DNA from: Entomortierella parvispora E1425
Lineage: Eukaryota > Fungi > Mortierellomycota
DNA: 64,000 nt
NCBI GenBank assembly: GCA_020891255.1
Contig: BQFW01000012.1
Location: forward strand, 1,736,001 to 1,800,000
Reading direction: 5' to 3'
A program made the translations under genes and the position numbers. Shown here piece by piece: positions 59,460-64,000 of this stretch; the stretch's first letter is position 1, and every line of letters begins with the position of its first letter. The notes beneath the pieces were generated by a model. The model searched no databases. It saw nothing but the letters and a program-made list of their open reading frames with translations, and was not told the origin of the DNA.

Positions 59460-60411
59460 TTGTCTTGCACCTGGCAACATTGCAAATCCAACATTCAGGA
59501 CAATGGAGGCAGTGGTCATTGCTGCAAGGATCCTTGTATTTTCTTCCTTCCCTTTCTCTCCCTTTCATTCCTTGTCTCTTACTTTTACATTCTTAATCTT
59601 TTTGCTATGTCTCCTTTTATGTCTCCATCTTTGTTCTCCATTGTTTGTACGTGGTTGTTCCCAAAAGCTACAGGTCATGTTTCCAGCTGCTGCTCTTCCA
59701 CTCATGAATCATCTCCTGTTTGGCGAGCAACACTTCCTGCCACCTCTCTCCCTTTCTTCTTTCGTCTCAAAGAACGCTCCCTGCGGTGCCAGTCCTGTTT
59801 TTGCATTTGTCCCCATTGAATTTTGCTATCCTGCACTGTTTCTGTCTTTTTTTTTCTTTTAACTCTTTTCGGTTTTGCTCTCCTTTGGGAACCATCACAC
59901 CCCAGTCCTTTGGTTTTCGTTATTTGAAGTCTTGTGACGGTCGATGAAGTATCCCCTTGTTCTCTCTCTGTCTTGTCCTTTTACTTTAGTTTATACCACT
60001 TGCTCTCTCTTTCTCTCTCTCTTTTTTTTCTCATTGTTATTTTTATTCACTCCGCTGTAATTATCGATTTTTTCCACTCTTTTTGCAATCCAGTTTGCAG
60101 ATCCCATTCTTGTCATGCCCACATTCAATTCAAAGTTCATAAAATAGCTAAATACAATTCAATCGTCTTCCCCCCCCCCCCGTTTTTATTTTGTGCTCAC
60201 TAAAGAAGCATTCGCTGGCTCCGCGCCCAAAAAAAAAAAAAAAAGAATCGAAAGTCGAAAGAAAGGCGCACACTCAATCTGGTTTTAATGGAAAGCGACA
60301 ATGTTTATTCTTTTTGATGATACATGGTTTTCAGTTATTTACAAGGTTGTGAGGTTGTGAGTGAGTGCGTGGGAGTCTGTGCGAAAGAGTGATAGGATGA
60401 AAAAGGTGGGT

Positions 60412-61999
60412 CTATTCAAACGAGGGTGGGGGCGACGTGATCTGACGAGCGGTCATTGACGACGAGGAAGAGGAAGAGAAACCTGCCTTTTGGTTCATGC
60501 TCTTCTCCCTTCTCGAAGTCGGCACGTCAGGATGGCCCTGGTGAGCCTTCCGATAGTGCCTCCAGATGGCGTCGTTCCTGATAAAGATCAATCCGCAGAT
60601 CTTGCACGTATAGGGTTTATCCTTTGTGTGGATGCGCTGGTGCCTCGAGAGATCGTAGGGTCTCAAGAAGGATTTCGAACACTGATCGCAAGGGTGGTTC
60701 CGCTCCAACGAGTGGGTCTTGAGATGAGCATTCAAGTTGTACTGGCGGAGGAAGCGTTTCTGACACTGGCTGCACTTGAAAAGACGCTCTTCCTCTTCTG
60801 CATTGTTTTCTTCATTGGGGTCGGCCTGCATGCTGCTGCTGTTATGACCCGTGGGAGAACCGCTGGCGGTAGGAAGGCCGCCGAGGGGGTGCAGGGGGTG
60901 GTGCTGTTGGTGTCCATAGTTGTGCTGCTGTTGTTCATCATGGCTGTAGGCACTACGCGAGTAGGGATCCGCCGTATTCGCCAACGTTTGGACTATTCCG
61001 CCATCGTGATGACCAGACATGCTTCCACCTCCAACCCGCACACGGAAAGGCGACTCTGGGTTGGATCTTGGACTTGAGGTAGTCATGCTTGCCAGGGATT
61101 GAATCAGACCTTGATGATGGTGGGATTGCTGCTGCTGTTGGGAGGGATGGTGATGGTGGTGTTGCTGATGATGGTGCGAGTAGTAATGGTGCGAGGCATG
61201 GTCGGGCGAGTGATGATGGTGCGGGTGGTGACCGATGGCAGCACCGGGGCTGTGGGGACTCAGCGGAGGCGTCGACGCCTGATACGGATCGGCAGCTAGT
61301 TGGAGTCGGACCTCATCATCGTCCGTGCCCGTGAAGCTCTCGCTGTCTTCACCGCCATCTTGCTGGTGATAACGATGCGAGGCCGAGGCTGCGGCGGAAG
61401 GAGGCGTCGGAGAAGAAAGACCTGAAAGAGGACGCGGTGGAGAGGTGAACAGGTGTAGGGGGTTCACGCAGCCGCGTACGACAGGTTGCATGCTTATATC
61501 CTCTGGCGCCACGAACAAGTCCTTACCCCCATAGTCGACCATGCCCCAGGAGAGAGGTGCGAGGGGCCCGTGAGAGGGGATCTCCAACGGTCCTCCGGTC
61601 GTTCCAGTTGCGGCTTGGTGATGAAATGTGGGCGTCGTTTGTTGTGGTTGTTGGTGTTGAAATTGAACCTGAGACTGTGGGGAGTGAGGCAGCGTGTTGT
61701 TGTACGATACAGGGGAAGACTGCTGTGCCTGAAATTGATGTGGGGACAATGGCGAATTTTCAGCTCGGTAAGATGGTGGCAAAGGATCGGCGTGATGGGG
61801 GTGTCCCTGGTTCTGGAGAAAGGGGTGATTCGATTGGAGTTCAACAAATTGTTCGATGAGCTGTGGTTGGTGTTGGTGTGGATGATGATAGCCGTGTTGT
61901 TGCTGCGCCTGCGTTGGGTGTGAAGGTAAGAGCGCCGAAGGCTGAAGGGGAGAATTGTCAAGCGAAGGCTGTCGCGACAACCAGGCGAGATCCTCACGG

Positions 62000-62037
<38 letters not shown>

Positions 62038-62088
62038 TGTTAGAGACTGTGCTTGTTGCGGAGGCTGTGCAAAGGGCTGGGTGTACAT
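60412..62088 (-). CDS. C2H2 zinc-finger transcription factor (3 fingers) with Q/H-rich N-terminus
   Basis: FKCSQCQKRFLRQYNLNAHLKTH, HPCDQCSKSFLRPYDLSRHQRIH-TKDKPY and CKICGLIFIRNDAIWRHYRKAH. The likely ATG is MYTQPF (62088). Confidence 0.88.
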
Positions 62089-64000
62089 GGTTGCGTTTGT
62101 AGCAGAGAGAGGCAGTGATGAACGGAAAAAAAAACAACACGGTTTGATACAAAAAAAAAGAGGGCGCGTTTTGGGTATCAAGCAAGGAACTTGTCAACGA
62201 GGGCGAAATGAGAAGAGGCAAGGGGGAAAAGAAAGAGTGGGAAGGAAAGATGGGGGAGGAAAACAAGCGGAAAAGGTCAGCGTTATAAAGGGCGCGGGTT
62301 GTCCGGTGGCACTCTCCGAGGAGGTTCCTATGTAAAGACGAAAAGTAGCGCTACTCTTTGCAAAGAGAAAGGAAATCGTGCTAGACAGGGGGATAGAGTA
62401 GCAGCACTGACAGAGAAAAGAGGCACGCTCAATACACCGCTCGTGCATGTCGGCGGTGATGTTTGTGCCCGTCTCTGCTGTCGCTCACTTTTTCTTTCGC
62501 TCATTCTCGTCACTCCCCACTTGCCCACGAAGGTTTAGCAGTCCACCAATGATCTGCAGTGGCCATGAAGTGGGACTCAAAACGGCCATGGTGGGAGAAA
62601 GAGAAGATAAACCAGCTGCCTTTTCCGTGGAGGAACTGCAAATCTCACATTCAACACTGCACGCGCTCTCAGATTTTTGTGTGTATGTTTGTGTGTGTTG
62701 TCTGTGTGTGTCGTGGGTTGTGACTCTAGTTTAATTGACTACATCCAATTGACTACTGAGTACTCGAGAACGGAGGCCACATCCGTGATTTTGATTTTGA
62801 TTCTCGCCGCCAAGCCGTCCCCAATCAAAGAGGCGTTGGAATGAGCGAACATTCATCGCTAATTCGGTACTTCTGAAAACAGTACAGTATTGTACAGTAC
62901 GTCTTTTATTCTGTCCGTCAGAAAAACCCAAGCTGTGGCGTTGCAGGGGCGAGGGCAGGTCCTCAACACCAGAATATCTAATCGGCGAACACCCAAGTAT
63001 TCCAATGAATATCAACGAGGTGTCGAAAGCCGACGAATCTTGTTGGTGCCACACACGCCTCCTCTCCACCCCTTTCAATTCTTTCTGTGTTTCCTTCCAA
63101 GACCAGTGCGCCCGAGGGTCATTTAGGCCCTGCGTTCATTTCCCTCTCTTCTTGTTTGGATAGCTCACAAAAATTGTCATTTTTACATTTGGGCTTTTGC
63201 GACCTTTTTTTCTATGTTTCTGGATCTGTGCTGGCGATGGGACTGTAACCATGTCGGGATCGCGATCCGGTGGTGTTGTTGAGCCATCTTTGAACGTAAA
63301 CTACTGTACACAAGAAACAAAAAGAAACTCAATGCCTGTCAAACACATATTCTCATCGGCGGTGCATCGCAATTATTTTTTTGTTTCTTGTAATGCACGC
63401 ACGACTAACAGGACCTTTTGGGGGGATCGTGCCTGATAGGTAATTAATCAATATTCCACCCCGCATTTCAGTTGCCTGCACATGTACGTCGACCAGTGAT
63501 CCACCCCCGCCTACCCCAAGTCCCTCTAATTTTTTGTTTTTCTTTTTCACCGATGAGCAAAATAAACACCCTCCACTGATGCACGACATTCCATGGTCGG
63601 ACAGAAAACGAACAAAAAAAAATCCTCCTCTGTGTAAATAACGAAAACGTGCCATCCCCAAAGGGCGTAAATAAAGAAGCACCACTGTACCGCCGAATGA
63701 GATGGTGATGAGCAATTGAATGGAAAAGGGGGTACCTTCTTCTCTTCTCCTCTGGAACCGACCAACTGTGAAATGCATGAAATGGCTCCCAGAGAATGTG
63801 TTTGTGGATTGACTTTATCACGTTCTCAATTCTCAGCAGATTTTCTTTATTTTTTCAAATGTTTCTAAAACCTTCAAAGTCGACCAGTGCGGCAAGGTTT
63901 GAGAGTCCGGGTTACCAGAGTAGGGACTTTGGAGCCGTGGTGCCTGCTGCTGGTGAGAGACCTGCTCTATAGAAATGTAGCCAGCAGCAGCTGATGGCCA

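Noticed and set aside
62090-64000. ORFs upstream of the C2H2 gene
   Set aside because: AT-rich and homopolymer-laden, with no motifs. Consistent with a long promoter or 5' region.

Overview
A 64-kb eukaryotic, intron-rich fungal window. Gene style and content suggest an early-diverging fungus such as Mortierellaceae (inference). Most of it is ordinary housekeeping genes: a POF1-like nucleotidyltransferase, a very large DUF1765-like gene, a GH5 EGH1/EGCrP-like glycosidase, a GH16 Crh-like transglycosylase, COQ2, a DDX59-like helicase, a rhodanese, PEX3, BET4, an ADP1-like ABCG transporter, a NAM8/NGR1-like RRM protein and a C2H2 factor. An accessory island lies at about 28.5-40.8 kb. It holds four identical tRNA-Pro(AGG) genes in two divergent pairs with centred RTCACGTG boxes, a MITE-like foldback element and a probable Helitron relic. 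It also holds a complete 9.6-kb Mutator-like element (31178-40786) with 50-bp TIRs and poly-T flanks. That element encodes what reconstructs as one ~1,242-aa Ulp1(C48) protease-FAR1-MULE-SWIM fusion, which is broken by two slippage indels and has a possible protease-only splice isoform. It also carries a 3.2-kb array of ~282-bp repeats and a divergent zinc-finger/coiled-coil gene, an organisation reminiscent of the Arabidopsis VANDAL anti-silencing elements. Outside the island, the best candidates are a secreted His1 (histidine-brace, LPMO-like) protein and a pair of paralogous receptor-like membrane proteins. Coordinates and splice models were derived by eye; no searches were run.
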